64,000 nt of DNA. Origin: Alphaproteobacteria bacterium. GTDB taxonomy: Bacteria; Pseudomonadota; Alphaproteobacteria; UBA828. Each line of letters starts with the position of its first letter. Position 1 is the stretch's first letter. Of the stretch, positions 9,256 through 19,623 are shown piece by piece. The translations under genes were made by a program, and so were the position numbers. The DNA lies in assembly GCA_965214705.1 (NCBI GenBank), contig OZ243972.1:1888001-1952000 (forward strand), written 5' to 3'. The notes under the pieces were generated by a model. It did no database searches. It worked only from the letters and a program-made list of their open reading frames with translations, and was not told where the DNA came from.

Positions 9256-9579
9256 GTGATCCTCGCGAAGAAGCGCTGCATCTACTGCTCGCCCGAGAGC
9301 TGGGAGAAGATACGGCGTCGGGCGAAGAAGGCGGGCATGAGTATTTCGGCCTTCGTCATTCTGTGCTGTCGCCAGGCGGCGAGCGCGAGCGCTCCTCCAG
9401 AACCGCCCGGTCATCCGCTGGCGCTTTCCGAGGACGCACAGCGTGGTATTTACGAGGAGAGCCGCCTCCTCGCCCGGTCGACGAAAGTCGTCATCGATGT
9501 GCAGGGAGACGGGAAGGTGACTCTGGCGCTGCACGAAGCGATGAGCATTTTGCTGCTCTGCGAAGAAGAGCGGGGGTGA
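9256..9579 (+). CDS. Putative RHH DNA-binding protein
   Basis: RCIYCSPESWEKIRRRAKKAGMSISAFVI. Confidence 0.6.
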   Translation: MILAKKRCIYCSPESWEKIRRRAKKAGMSISAFVILCCRQAASASAPPEPPGHPLALSEDAQRGIYEESRLLARSTKVVIDVQGDGKVTLALHEAMSILLLCEEERG

Positions 9580-10082
9580 TGAAGAAGCCGCGCGCGCGCA
9601 GGAAGGGGATGGAACACACGATTTCCGCGACCAACGAGGAATGGGACGACGTCCAGTCGGGGGCGGCCCAGGCCCGGAAGTCGGTGTCGGCCTGGGCCGC
9701 CCATTGCGGGCTGACGGTGGACCCCTTGCCGCGGAAGCATCGCCGGCTGGTCCTCGACGAGAAGCAGCAGAGGTCCATCCCGCGGGCCGTGGGCGAGCAT
9801 GCCCGGAGCCTGATTGCGGACATCGACGCGCCGTCGCAGTTTGCGGACGATCTCGGTGCACTGGTGAAGGCGCGGCTCGAGACGATGGTCCGGGAGGGCC
9901 GGTGCGGCGAAGTCGAGGCGATCCTTCGAAAAGTGCTCGGCGACGAGCGGGCGGCAGCCATCGCCGCCGCTCTCGCGGCGAACGCACCGGCGGAGACCGC
10001 ATCGACGAGGACCGCGCAAAAGAAGGCGCCCCGCGAGAAGAAACCCCGCCACAAACCGGGTCAGGGCAAGTTGTTCGGATAG
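9579..10082 (+). CDS. Putative RHH DNA-binding protein
   Basis: HTISATNEEWDDVQSGAAQARKSVSAW; ATG overlaps the upstream TGA. Confidence 0.6.
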   Translation: MKKPRARRKGMEHTISATNEEWDDVQSGAAQARKSVSAWAAHCGLTVDPLPRKHRRLVLDEKQQRSIPRAVGEHARSLIADIDAPSQFADDLGALVKARLETMVREGRCGEVEAILRKVLGDERAAAIAAALAANAPAETASTRTAQKKAPREKKPRHKPGQGKLFG

Positions 10083-10399
10083 CTGTCAGGCTGACAAGGT
10101 GAACACGTGTGGCGGCGCGGAAAGAGGATTATCGGGTTCAACCGGAGGGTGCCTCTGCTCTCGCCTGGATCGGACTCGGAATATGGGGACGCCTCCGGTG
10201 ATGACCGTTGACCGACGGTACAAAGGCCGGGGCCGAGGGGATCCGGCCGGTCGACGAACGGCCGGAGCGCTCGCCGCGCTGCACCGAGCTCGCGCCTGGC
10301 CCGGGCGCTGGAACGGCGTCCTGGCCGCCACCACGGTGGGCGGCGGCCTCTCGCCGCTCCTATAGCTCCAGTGAAGCGGAGGGCATCGGCGGGACAATC

Positions 10400-11767
10400 A
10401 TGGCTCTCGAAGTCGTAAAGGCGTTCAGCCGGGAGCACGTCGGGTGGCTCACCCCTCTCCAGGAATGGGCCCTGCGCGAGGTCAAGGGCGCAACGGTAGA
10501 CGACAGGAAGGCGGAGCCGGCGGCGCGAAGGATCTACGACCCCTTGACCGAGGACATCCGCAACGGGAACTGCTGGATCCTCTGCAATTGCCTTCCCCAT
10601 GAGCCGGAGCAGCCGGTCATCGTGCCCTCCCGGAGACCGTACGGTATCCGTCTCGGCAACCTGCCCGACGCTCCGGTGCCGCATGACAGGAATTGCGTCT
10701 TCCGCCGGCGCGGACACTCGATAGACACCTCCGGGTACATCGTCAATCCGCTGTCGTTCAACCGGCAGGACGTGGCTTTAGGGGGACCCGGCCCGGAGCG
10801 CGAACCCCGGCTCCGGACGGGCCGGAGGGAGCCGACCGTCGCCAACGTGCTCAAGCGCTTCATCCGGGAGGCGCGGCTGCACACACTGGCGGGCGCCGAG
10901 CGGTTCCCGTCTCCAGTGGACTGGCTGGCGGAACTCAAACGCGCCGCGGGCGCGTTCTCCGTTGCGCCGAACGTTCCGGCGTCGGAGGTGCTGTTGACCG
11001 ACCCCGAGAGCTGGCGCTCGGGCGAATTCCGGGAAAGCCTGGATGAGCGCGCGCAGAATTGGCCGAAGGGTTCCCCGCCTTGCGGCTTCCTGTGCTGGGT
11101 CGCGCACGAGGTGGAGGACCACGAGATCAACGGCAAGACCAGGGATGCCGGCCACGTGAGGGTGACCTCTCGCGTGGGCTCTTCGCCCGTCTACGACGAC
11201 AGGGTGGTGGGACCCTATCTCTTCCTGGGCGCGCTGGAACAGTCTGAAGACCGGTCCGGGTGGGAGTGCTGCATGGCCTATGCACATCCCATCGCCGCGC
11301 TGGAATTGCCGATCCCGGTCGACTCGGACTACGAGCGCCAGGCGCTCCTGTCGCTTCCACAACTGGTCCGGGATCTTCAGAGCGACACGAAGCTCGAGGA
11401 GGCGCTCGGCGGGGTCGTCGGGGTCGCGCTCCAGAAGCCGCTCTTCGAGATAGGGGTGCGCGAAGGCCGCTGTCGACCGGACGTTCTTCTCACCGTGACC
11501 CGCCCTGGCGGTCCGGTCCCCCGTGTCCCCGGCGATCCCTTCGACGACAGCGACAAGGTGCGCTACGTCATCGAGGTCATGGGGTTCGGCGACGAGAAAT
11601 ACGAGAAGCAGAAGGAAAAGACCCACCGCTGGATGAGGCGGCTCGGCCGGGTGATCCGCATGGAGGGACGGCAGTTCAGCTCCACTCGCAACAGCCTGGA
11701 GCAGCAGCGTGACAGGATCGCCTTTCGGATCTCAAAGGATCTCATCCGGCGATGGAAAGGAAGCTGA
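10400..11767 (+). CDS. Hypothetical protein with N-terminal Cys/His cluster and C-terminal PD-(D/E)XK-like nuclease motif (DUF1173-like)
   Basis: WILCNC...HDRNC; PIPVDSDYER; CRPDVLL...YVIEVMG. Confidence 0.55.
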   Translation: MALEVVKAFSREHVGWLTPLQEWALREVKGATVDDRKAEPAARRIYDPLTEDIRNGNCWILCNCLPHEPEQPVIVPSRRPYGIRLGNLPDAPVPHDRNCVFRRRGHSIDTSGYIVNPLSFNRQDVALGGPGPEREPRLRTGRREPTVANVLKRFIREARLHTLAGAERFPSPVDWLAELKRAAGAFSVAPNVPASEVLLTDPESWRSGEFRESLDERAQNWPKGSPPCGFLCWVAHEVEDHEINGKTRDAGHVRVTSRVGSSPVYDDRVVGPYLFLGALEQSEDRSGWECCMAYAHPIAALELPIPVDSDYERQALLSLPQLVRDLQSDTKLEEALGGVVGVALQKPLFEIGVREGRCRPDVLLTVTRPGGPVPRVPGDPFDDSDKVRYVIEVMGFGDEKYEKQKEKTHRWMRRLGRVIRMEGRQFSSTRNSLEQQRDRIAFRISKDLIRRWKGS

Positions 11768-11932
11768 CGGTTCCTGTTCCCGCGGCGGGCCCCCGGCCCC
11801 CTGAAATCGCCGAACCGGCGGCGCGTCGGAGATGCCGTCAGTCGCAGGAACCGCACCGGGCTCCGCGACGGCCTGGAGCGCACATGGTAGGGCACACTAA
11901 CATGCCGGATCGGCTTCCCGGGAATACGACGA

Positions 11933-13143
11933 AAGGCTTATCCCCTTGACCCCGGTTTGACGACATCTTGTGTTTGGGTTGGCAGGGACGAGTTGTTCGT
12001 GTAATGTTCTCGCCATGCCGAGCCGCTGGAAGCACGACCGCCCGATGTCCCGCGCTGCCTTCGAGGCGCGCTTCCCCGATGAAGAGGCCTGCGCCAGACA
12101 CCTCGCGGCAAAGCGTTGGCCCGACGGCTTCGTTTGCCCCGCTTGCGGCCATGACAAGGGTTGGGAGTTGAAGCGTCGCAGGGCGAGTTGGGAATGTGCG
12201 GGCTGCGGCAAGGAGACGTCGGTGACCGCGGGCACGATCATGCATCGCAGCCACCTGCCGCTGAAGACCTGGTTCACCGCCATCCATATGGTGACCAGCC
12301 ATTCGAACGGCATCTCCGCCCTGCAACTCCAGGCCCAGCTCGGGCTCGGCAGCTACAAGAGTGCGTGGCTGCTGCTGCACAAGCTGCGTCGCGCCATGGT
12401 CGATCCCGACCGCAGCCTGCTTGAGGATCTGGTTGAGATCGACGAAGCCTCGTTGCCGCAGCGCACCGCGCAAGACCCGCCCACCGGCGGGCAAGGCCGC
12501 AGCGCGCAAGGCAAGATGCTCATCGCCGGAGCGGTCGAGCTGTCTCCCGAGGGTGAGCCGCGCCGCATCCGCCTCGCGCCGATCGTGGATTACTCCGCGC
12601 TCAGCCTGCACGCCTTCGTTGCCGCCACCTCGGCGCCGGGCGCGCTGGTGATCACCGACGGTTGGAGCGGCTATCCCGGCCTGTCCGGGCACGACCATGA
12701 GGCCAGGATCGTCGGCGACACGCCCGCCCATCTCGTGCTGAAGTGGACCCATCGCGTCTTCTCGAACCTGAAACGCTGGGCGCTCGGCACCTTTCACGGC
12801 CTGCGCCGCGCCCATTTGCGCCGTTACCTCGACGAGTTCGTCTTCCGTAGGAACCGACGCCGCCACACCGACGCCGCCTTCGACACCCTGCTCGGCATCG
12901 GCGCCGGCCTTCAACCCTCCAGCTACCGCGACTTCGTCGAACAACGCGCCTGATCCCACCGGCCGGTTAACACCGTGCCGCAGCCAGCCATTCCGGCTGT
13001 CTCGGAGTCATTATACCGAACTCCGGCACCGCGTGACGGGGCCGGGCAGCGCTCTCGCCAGTCCAAGATATCACGCGTGCGACGCGCGCCGATGCCGGCG
13101 ACGATCAACATCTTGCGTCACCGGAACCAAGGGGAGAAGCCTT
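11933..13143 (+). mobile_element. IS1595 family element
   Basis: Inverted repeats AAGGCTT(A/C)TCCCCTTG; 8-bp target duplication TACGACGA (11925-11932, 13144-13151). Confidence 0.92.
12015..12953 (+). CDS. IS1595 family transposase
   Basis: RWPDGFVCPACG zinc ribbon, SVTAGTI, VEIDE, ITDGWSGY, NLKRWALGTFHG, YLDEFVFR. Confidence 0.93.
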   Translation: MPSRWKHDRPMSRAAFEARFPDEEACARHLAAKRWPDGFVCPACGHDKGWELKRRRASWECAGCGKETSVTAGTIMHRSHLPLKTWFTAIHMVTSHSNGISALQLQAQLGLGSYKSAWLLLHKLRRAMVDPDRSLLEDLVEIDEASLPQRTAQDPPTGGQGRSAQGKMLIAGAVELSPEGEPRRIRLAPIVDYSALSLHAFVAATSAPGALVITDGWSGYPGLSGHDHEARIVGDTPAHLVLKWTHRVFSNLKRWALGTFHGLRRAHLRRYLDEFVFRRNRRRHTDAAFDTLLGIGAGLQPSSYRDFVEQRA

Positions 13144-13162
13144 TACGACGATACTGAGGCAT

Positions 13163-16100
13163 CTAGAGGCGCATGTGCTTGCCATGGTGCCGTCCATGTT
13201 GCTGGTTCAGTTCGACCCGTCTCTGCTCGAGCTCCATCTCCTGGGCTTGCGTCTTGGACCAGCGCTCTTCCTCGTCATCCCGGAATGCGCGCCATCGCGC
13301 GAACGCGGTGAGTTCGGCCAGCGAAAGGCCGAAATTCCGGCAGGGCTCGTCGTCCGAACGCCAGAGTTCGCGAAGCGTGCAAATGTCCTCCGCTTCGGTC
13401 TTCCCCGCCGTTCTGTCGACCACCTCCAGCTCGACCTGCACGACCGTCGGGCGGCTCAGGCGCGAGCTCTCCGGCGCAGCCGTTTCCAATCGGCCGACCT
13501 CGCTGCACCGCAACCGGTCGCCGCTGGTGAGATCCCGTGAGCAGTCGAGCGGATAGCTGTCCGGGGGTTCGGGCCACTGGCGCGCCCGCTCTGCCTGCCA
13601 GAGCCTCTCGTCGCTCCACTCCGCCCGAAGGACGTCGCAGCCCACGAGCCTCAGCGCGGCCATTCCTGTCACCGGCTCTTCGGCTGTGCGCCCCGTCGCC
13701 GCCGCAACCCATTCGAGCTCCACCACGTCGTTGTGGGCGCATCCGCCGGTCCGTCCGGGCTGGAGCACCACCGCTTCGCGTTGCGGCCCATCGTCCGATA
13801 GCCGCAGCGTTATCCGCTCGCCCGCGAGCAGCGGTTCCTGCCCCCTCCAGGGTCTGGTGAATGCATGTGAGGCGCCGGGGTCACGAAGCCGTGCCAGCTC
13901 CGCGTCCACCATCTCCGCGATCCGGTCCTCCTCCAGCCCTGGAATGGCTTTCCGCTCGCTTGCGTGCCGAAGTCCTTGCTCGATGCGGTCAAGCATATCC
14001 GGGCGGTCTTGCCAGCGCTCCCGGGTGTCCTCGTCCAGTATCCATTGGACGTCTTCCTCGAACCGGAGGCTCCGTTCCTGCCACGCCGGCCATTCCGACA
14101 GCAGGGAGCGGGGAACGTCCTCGCGCGTCGCGCGTTCCTCGAGCCGGCGGTATTGCTCGTCTACCCGGTTCGCTTCCCGGAACAGGCCTTGGAATGTCAT
14201 CCATTCGGCTGACAGGGCGGCATGCTCGTCGATCTCGGCCTGCAGCCGCCGCCGGGCCGCTTCTTCCAGGTCCGGTTCCCTGGCCAGGTGCTCCGCTCGG
14301 GCGATGGCCTTGCCGTACCCCTCGTCACCCACGGGCGAGAAGCCCTGCGCCAGCGCATTGGGCTTCGTTTCCTCGATCCGGTTCATCACCGAGACGAAGC
14401 GGTCGAGCAGACGGTGTCTCTCCATCCGCTCCAGCGCGGCAGTCAGCGTTTCCCTGCCCTTCGGGATCCGGTCGAGATGGGGAGCGTAGGTGTCTTCGTC
14501 CTCCTGGATCTTGCGTCCCGCGGTCAGCAGCTTCGACGAAAAGTCGGTTAGGGACCGGTAGCCGGGCAGGTCGGTGACGAGGAAGTCCGGGGCCTGCCGG
14601 GCGTGCCGCCTGGCTTCTTTCTCCAGGGTGTCCCAGTACTGCCCATGTTGCCCGGCTCCCTGGAGAAAACCGTCGAGGGTGGCGCGCTCCTTGCCGAGCC
14701 GGCGGTCGTAGTCCAGCACCCGCTGCGCCATCTCCCGGGCCTGGTCCGGCAAGCCCTGCCGTTGGCCAAGCGCGCGGGCCTCGTCGACGAACTCTTTCCA
14801 GCCCGGCAGATAGAAGGCGATGACGGTCCCGGCCTTCGCACGCTCCGCCATCGCCAGACGCTCCTGGAATACTCGCGTCCAGGCCAGATCGTGGTCGCCG
14901 AGTCGGTCGAACCGTTCGACGGCGGTCGCGATCTTCCCCGCTTCCTCCTTCAGCCGGTCGAGATGGGGCCGCCACAAGTCCGGATCTTCACGCTTGGACT
15001 CCGGCTCTTTACGCATGGCGCGCCAACTTTCGCCTACCTCTCCGCAACGCGCCAACCAGTCGGCATAGCCTGTAAGTTCGGTGGGCGGGGTGAACTTGGG
15101 CGGGCCAGCCGAGCGGGCGCGGTCCTCCAGCGTCGTCCGCTCGTCCAGAAGCCCGGCCGCAGAGGCATGAAGCGCGACGATTGCCGCCTTCCGTTCTTCG
15201 TCTGCCTTTGCCTGGTCGAGGACCTCCTTGGCCGCTGCCAGTGCCCATGCCGGAAGGGGGGACAGCCTGGCGAGTGTCGTGGCCCGCTCGACGAGATCGT
15301 CATGGCCTTCGGCGTAGAACGAAATCGTGCCGTCCTCCGCGGCCTGCGCCGCCACCTCGCGGCGCCGCGTGTCGAATGCGAGGACCGCGTCGTCGACCGC
15401 CAGGAGGTCGGCCAGCTCCCCGAGGCGCTCGGAGATCGTGCCGCCGGCCTCGCCCGCACGCTCGCCCAGCTCGGCGAGCAGGACCTTGCCGTTCGCCGAC
15501 AGACGCCCCGACATCTCCCGCCACTCCGGGTAGTCTTCCAGCCCGGCAACCGGGCTCTCCGCTGCCGCCCCTTCCAGGTCGCGCCTCCTTGCGTCATGCG
15601 CATCGAGCAGCCCGAGAAACTCCACTGCCGCCCTGTCCCCTTCCCGGCAGGCGTGGTCATAGGCGAGCAGCCCGTCCACGACCTCCCTGGTCGCGGCCGG
15701 CAGGTCCGGATTCCCGGCAAGCTCCCGCGCGCCCTCGATCAGCGCCCCGTAGTCCTCCATCAGAAACACCACCGTGCCCTCGCGCCGCGCCCGCCGTTCC
15801 AGCGCCTCCCATCCCTCGCGCAGCGTCCAGACCGGCTCATCATCCGCCAGCAGCCGGACAATCTCCTCGGGCTCGAGCTCGAGCGGCGCGTCGATCGCCT
15901 CGAGCGCCGTCGGCCGCTCCCCGGTGTTGTCGGCCAGAACCTTCACCAGCTGCTCGGCGTTGTCGGTGAGCACCACCGCCCGGTCCCGCGCCCGGCTGAT
16001 CTCCACGTAGAAGGTGGACTGGTCGGTGAGCGCGCCGTAGCTCGAATCCAGCACCGCGATCACCCCGTCCGCCGTGCTCCCCTGTGCGCCGTGCACGGTC

Positions 16101-18610
16101 GTGCTCCAGGCGTGGTCGATATGCCGCAGCTGCGGATCGTCCAACCGCAGCGACAGCCGCCGTCCGTCCGCCAGCCGGAACCGCACCCGGCCCTTGCCGA
16201 TCCCCTCCACCTCGGCCCGCTCGCCGTTGATGAGGGACCGCTTCCTGTCGTTCCGGGTCCAGCGGATCCGGTCGCCCGCGCGGATCTCGATGGAACGGGT
16301 CTCGTAGACGTCGAGCTTGTAACGGATCGAGGTCGTCGGGCGGATCGAGCGCGGCTTGCCGTCGGGATGCAGCAGCATCACCCGGTCGAAGTCGAACCCG
16401 GTCACCGTCAGAATCTCGTCCTTCTCCAGGCGGTAGTTCTTGAGAGTCTGGCTGAACACCACCAGGTCGCCCTCCCGGTAGTTGCGCCGGTCGCCCTTCT
16501 CGGCCCGCGTCATGCCGAGGCTGACCAGGCGCTCGATGCGGAGCGGCTTCCCCCGCAGCACTCCCTCATCCGCCAGCGCCTCCCGGACGGTCCTGTTGAT
16601 CTCCTCCCTCAACTCGTGGGTCGGCGCGACCAGCAGGGTGTTGTCGCGGGTGGCAGGGTCGAGCGCCAGCCAGGTCCGCCCTGCCATCTCGGCGAGCTCT
16701 TCGAGCGCCACCTCGTGCACGCTGCCGCCCAGCAGCTCCACCGCCTCGCCGGGATCGCCCGCCACAACCGCCTGCACCGCCGCCCGCAGCTCCGGGGTGC
16801 GCTGGCGTTGGATGTCGTGCATCGCCGCCGTCGTCATTCCCGCCCGCTGCAGCAGACGGAACGGCTGGCCCGCCTCCACCGCGCGGAGCTGGCCGATGTC
16901 GCCCACCAGCACCACGCGGGCAACGTCGAGCCTGCCCGCGGCCCGCAGGAGCGAACGCATCTGGTCGGTCGACACCATCGAGGCCTCGTCCAGCACCAGC
17001 ACCGCGCCGCCGAAGCGCTCCTTCAACCTTTCCAGCGCTTCTCCCTGCAAGCCCGCCGCCCGGCACCGCGCCAGGAACCACTGCAGCGTGCGGGCATGCA
17101 TGCCGGTCTCGCGCCCCAGCACCGCGGCCGCCGCAGTCGAGGGCGCTAGTCCGAACACCGGCTTCTCCCCGGCAAGCGCCCGGACCTGGCGCAGCATGGT
17201 CGTCTTGCCGGTCCCGGCCCGGCCCTGCACGCCGACGACCCGGTCGTGCGCCAACAGGATCGTGCGAACCGCCTCCTCCTGTCCCTCGGTGAGCCCGGCG
17301 CCGTCGAGACGGGCCGCAACGTCCTTCTCCCCGGCCAGCGCCTCGCCGGCACCGATCCCCGCCTTCATCATGGCGATCGTCGACCGCTCCGCCTTCAGCG
17401 CGCGGTCGGTGACGAAGGCCCTGTCGGCGCGCCAGAGCTCGGCCGCGACCAGGTGGCCGTCGCGGACCAGCCAGGCGACCGCGTCCCGGATATCCCCGAG
17501 CGAATGCCGGCCCGGCGAATGGCCCAGAGCCAGCGCCTCGAGCGCGTGCTCGGAGAAGACCGATTGCCGCTCCTCAAGCTGCCGCATGCAGCGGCGCACG
17601 ATCGCAAGCGCCGACCGGCCCTCCGGTAGCACGATCGGCTGTCCGGAGCGCGCCACCGCGGGTGCCATGTCGAGGCTCAATTCCCGTGCGCGCTCCCGCC
17701 ATCGCTGCTGCAGCTGCGCCCGCACCGGCTCCGCCTTCCGCTTGCGTGTCGCCAGCGTCGCCACCTGCATCCTGTCCGTGCTGCGGTCCCAGCCCTTCTC
17801 GTCCACATAGGCCAGGATCTCGTGCCGGCGCGTCGAGAACGCTTCCCGCAACTCCCGGCCGTAGCCCGCGAGCTCGAAGCTCGGCAGACGGCCCACCATC
17901 GCCGGCTCGATCGAATAGCCCTTCGCTATCAGCTGCCGCGCCAGCCGGTCGCGGTAGTACGCCCCGATCAGCCGCGCATTGCGGTGCAGCAGCGTCGGCT
18001 CCACGCTCTTCCACCGCCCCTCCCGGTCCCGGGTCATGTTGGCGATCACGGCGTGAGTGTGGAGCTGCGGATCGAGGTTGCGGCTCGCGATGTGGCGGAA
18101 CAGCGCCGCCACCATGCAGGGTGCCTTCACCCGCGGCCGCCTGCCGGTGGCGGGGTCCCAGCCCCGGGTCTCCAGCAGCGAACCCTCGATCCAGTCGAGC
18201 GTCTCGCGCACCGCCGCATCGTGCGCCCGCCTGACCGCCCGGTCGCCCAGCGGGTGCTCCTTCGTCGGCAGAAGCGCCGCCAGCGACACCGACTTGGGAG
18301 CCGAGAAGGTGATGTCGAAGCCCGGACGATGCTCGTGCTGCCCGTCGCGCAGGCGCCCCAGCCGAGTCCTGGTCCCGATCACATGGCCCTGAAGAAGCCT
18401 CTCGAAGGCGCGCGCCCCGACCGGCTTGCCGGGATGCAATCCCAGGACGACCGCGCCCTCGCCATGCCAGGTGCTGGCGTTCCGGTGCTCGGCCCGCTTG
18501 GCCCGAAGGTCCGCCGCGCCCTCGCCCGGCCTCAGATAGTAGCCGGCGTCCTGGCGGAAATATTCCGAGGTGGCAGAGGAAGACGTCAGGTTGCGGACCG
18601 TCGCGACCAT
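13163..18610 (-). CDS. MobF-family conjugative relaxase-helicase (TrwC/TraI-like) with long C-terminal extension
   Basis: EYF...GYY tyrosines, GFDITFSAPKSVS, DPQLHTHAV (HUH), FSTRR, Walker A GRAGTGKT, LDEASM, LVGD..QL, TVHGAQG, FYVEISRAR. Confidence 0.93.
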   Translation of the reverse strand: MVATVRNLTSSSATSEYFRQDAGYYLRPGEGAADLRAKRAEHRNASTWHGEGAVVLGLHPGKPVGARAFERLLQGHVIGTRTRLGRLRDGQHEHRPGFDITFSAPKSVSLAALLPTKEHPLGDRAVRRAHDAAVRETLDWIEGSLLETRGWDPATGRRPRVKAPCMVAALFRHIASRNLDPQLHTHAVIANMTRDREGRWKSVEPTLLHRNARLIGAYYRDRLARQLIAKGYSIEPAMVGRLPSFELAGYGRELREAFSTRRHEILAYVDEKGWDRSTDRMQVATLATRKRKAEPVRAQLQQRWRERARELSLDMAPAVARSGQPIVLPEGRSALAIVRRCMRQLEERQSVFSEHALEALALGHSPGRHSLGDIRDAVAWLVRDGHLVAAELWRADRAFVTDRALKAERSTIAMMKAGIGAGEALAGEKDVAARLDGAGLTEGQEEAVRTILLAHDRVVGVQGRAGTGKTTMLRQVRALAGEKPVFGLAPSTAAAAVLGRETGMHARTLQWFLARCRAAGLQGEALERLKERFGGAVLVLDEASMVSTDQMRSLLRAAGRLDVARVVLVGDIGQLRAVEAGQPFRLLQRAGMTTAAMHDIQRQRTPELRAAVQAVVAGDPGEAVELLGGSVHEVALEELAEMAGRTWLALDPATRDNTLLVAPTHELREEINRTVREALADEGVLRGKPLRIERLVSLGMTRAEKGDRRNYREGDLVVFSQTLKNYRLEKDEILTVTGFDFDRVMLLHPDGKPRSIRPTTSIRYKLDVYETRSIEIRAGDRIRWTRNDRKRSLINGERAEVEGIGKGRVRFRLADGRRLSLRLDDPQLRHIDHAWSTTVHGAQGSTADGVIAVLDSSYGALTDQSTFYVEISRARDRAVVLTDNAEQLVKVLADNTGERPTALEAIDAPLELEPEEIVRLLADDEPVWTLREGWEALERRARREGTVVFLMEDYGALIEGARELAGNPDLPAATREVVDGLLAYDHACREGDRAAVEFLGLLDAHDARRRDLEGAAAESPVAGLEDYPEWREMSGRLSANGKVLLAELGERAGEAGGTISERLGELADLLAVDDAVLAFDTRRREVAAQAAEDGTISFYAEGHDDLVERATTLARLSPLPAWALAAAKEVLDQAKADEERKAAIVALHASAAGLLDERTTLEDRARSAGPPKFTPPTELTGYADWLARCGEVGESWRAMRKEPESKREDPDLWRPHLDRLKEEAGKIATAVERFDRLGDHDLAWTRVFQERLAMAERAKAGTVIAFYLPGWKEFVDEARALGQRQGLPDQAREMAQRVLDYDRRLGKERATLDGFLQGAGQHGQYWDTLEKEARRHARQAPDFLVTDLPGYRSLTDFSSKLLTAGRKIQEDEDTYAPHLDRIPKGRETLTAALERMERHRLLDRFVSVMNRIEETKPNALAQGFSPVGDEGYGKAIARAEHLAREPDLEEAARRRLQAEIDEHAALSAEWMTFQGLFREANRVDEQYRRLEERATREDVPRSLLSEWPAWQERSLRFEEDVQWILDEDTRERWQDRPDMLDRIEQGLRHASERKAIPGLEEDRIAEMVDAELARLRDPGASHAFTRPWRGQEPLLAGERITLRLSDDGPQREAVVLQPGRTGGCAHNDVVELEWVAAATGRTAEEPVTGMAALRLVGCDVLRAEWSDERLWQAERARQWPEPPDSYPLDCSRDLTSGDRLRCSEVGRLETAAPESSRLSRPTVVQVELEVVDRTAGKTEAEDICTLRELWRSDDEPCRNFGLSLAELTAFARWRAFRDDEEERWSKTQAQEMELEQRRVELNQQHGRHHGKHMRL

Positions 18611-18679
18611 GACACGCGATCATAAAGGTCTGCGGGTGAAGTCGCGGTCAAAATACGACCATGGTCGTGAGTGGGGCCC

Positions 18680-18752
18680 TGGGGTTGACCCTGGCCGAGG
18701 TTTGGAAGATGCGTCCCGAGGGTGTTAACCCGTGCCGGCATGTCCGGCCTCA
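18680..18752 (+). pseudogene. Short remnant of a tyrosine integrase gene
   Basis: Translates as LAEVWKMRPEGVNPCRHVR, resembling the conserved AE.W...P.G.NPCR.V integrase motif. Confidence 0.35.
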
Positions 18753-18832
18753 GCCTTCGGGTGCTACCCGGGTTCAAGCACGGTACTCACATCCGTTCTC
18801 CCAGTGCGAGCCCGGCTCGATGAATACAGTCC

Positions 18833-19560
18833 GGGCATCGCGTCCGAGTTGCGGATGGTGCCCGTCGCCGCGCCGTCCTCGATGCGCGCGCCCGAGGGGT
18901 TGGACAGCACGAGATCGAAGGTCTCGCCGCCGTCGTCGTGGGCGTCGTCGAGGATGGGCACCCGCACAGTCTTCGAGCGCTGCCCGACGGTGAAGCTGAG
19001 CGTGCCCTCGGTCGCGGTGTAGTCCTCGCCCGCCGTCGCGGTGCCGTCCCGCGTCTCGTAATCGACGGTGATGGTCTTGAGCGCCGCGCGGTCGAGCGAG
19101 ACGGTGAACGCCATGTGCGCGTCCGTGCCCTCGGTCGCCTCGGCGTCCGCGACCGAGATCGCCGCCTGGCCGAGGATCTCGATCGCGAGGCTGTTGGAGA
19201 GCACCTTGGCGCCGCCTTCCGTACAGAGCACGGCAGACTTCCTGCCGGCGCAGGTCCCGCCGCCCCTGAGCTTGAAGGTCACGGCGCCGTGGCCAGAGGG
19301 TTCGACGCGGAAGAACCAGAGGTCGCTCTTTCCCTCGTGGCGCCTGGAGGCCGTCACCTCCGCCCCCGTGGTGCCGCCGGCGGCCAGGTAGACATGGGTG
19401 TAGCTGTTCTCGATCTCCTCGCTGAAGGCTACCCGCACCTCGAAGGGCTGGCCGTCGTGCTCGGCCGGGAAGCCGTGGATGCGGGCGGCGAGCGGCGTGG
19501 CCGCGTCCTCCGACGCCGGTCCCGGCACTGTGAGGGTATACCGGGAGTTCCCTGCCCCCA
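18833..19560 (-). pseudogene. Fragment of a large surface protein with a Calx-beta domain
   Basis: ISVADAEATEG...FTVSL...TVDYETRDGTATAGEDY...GTLSF...ILDD..D.GGETFDLVLSNP; no signal peptide or C-terminal barrel. Confidence 0.7.
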
Positions 19561-19623
19561 AACTCCTTTCGGCTTGCGTGCCGTCCCCATCACTCATACG
19601 CTCGTTCTCGCTAACGACCACGG

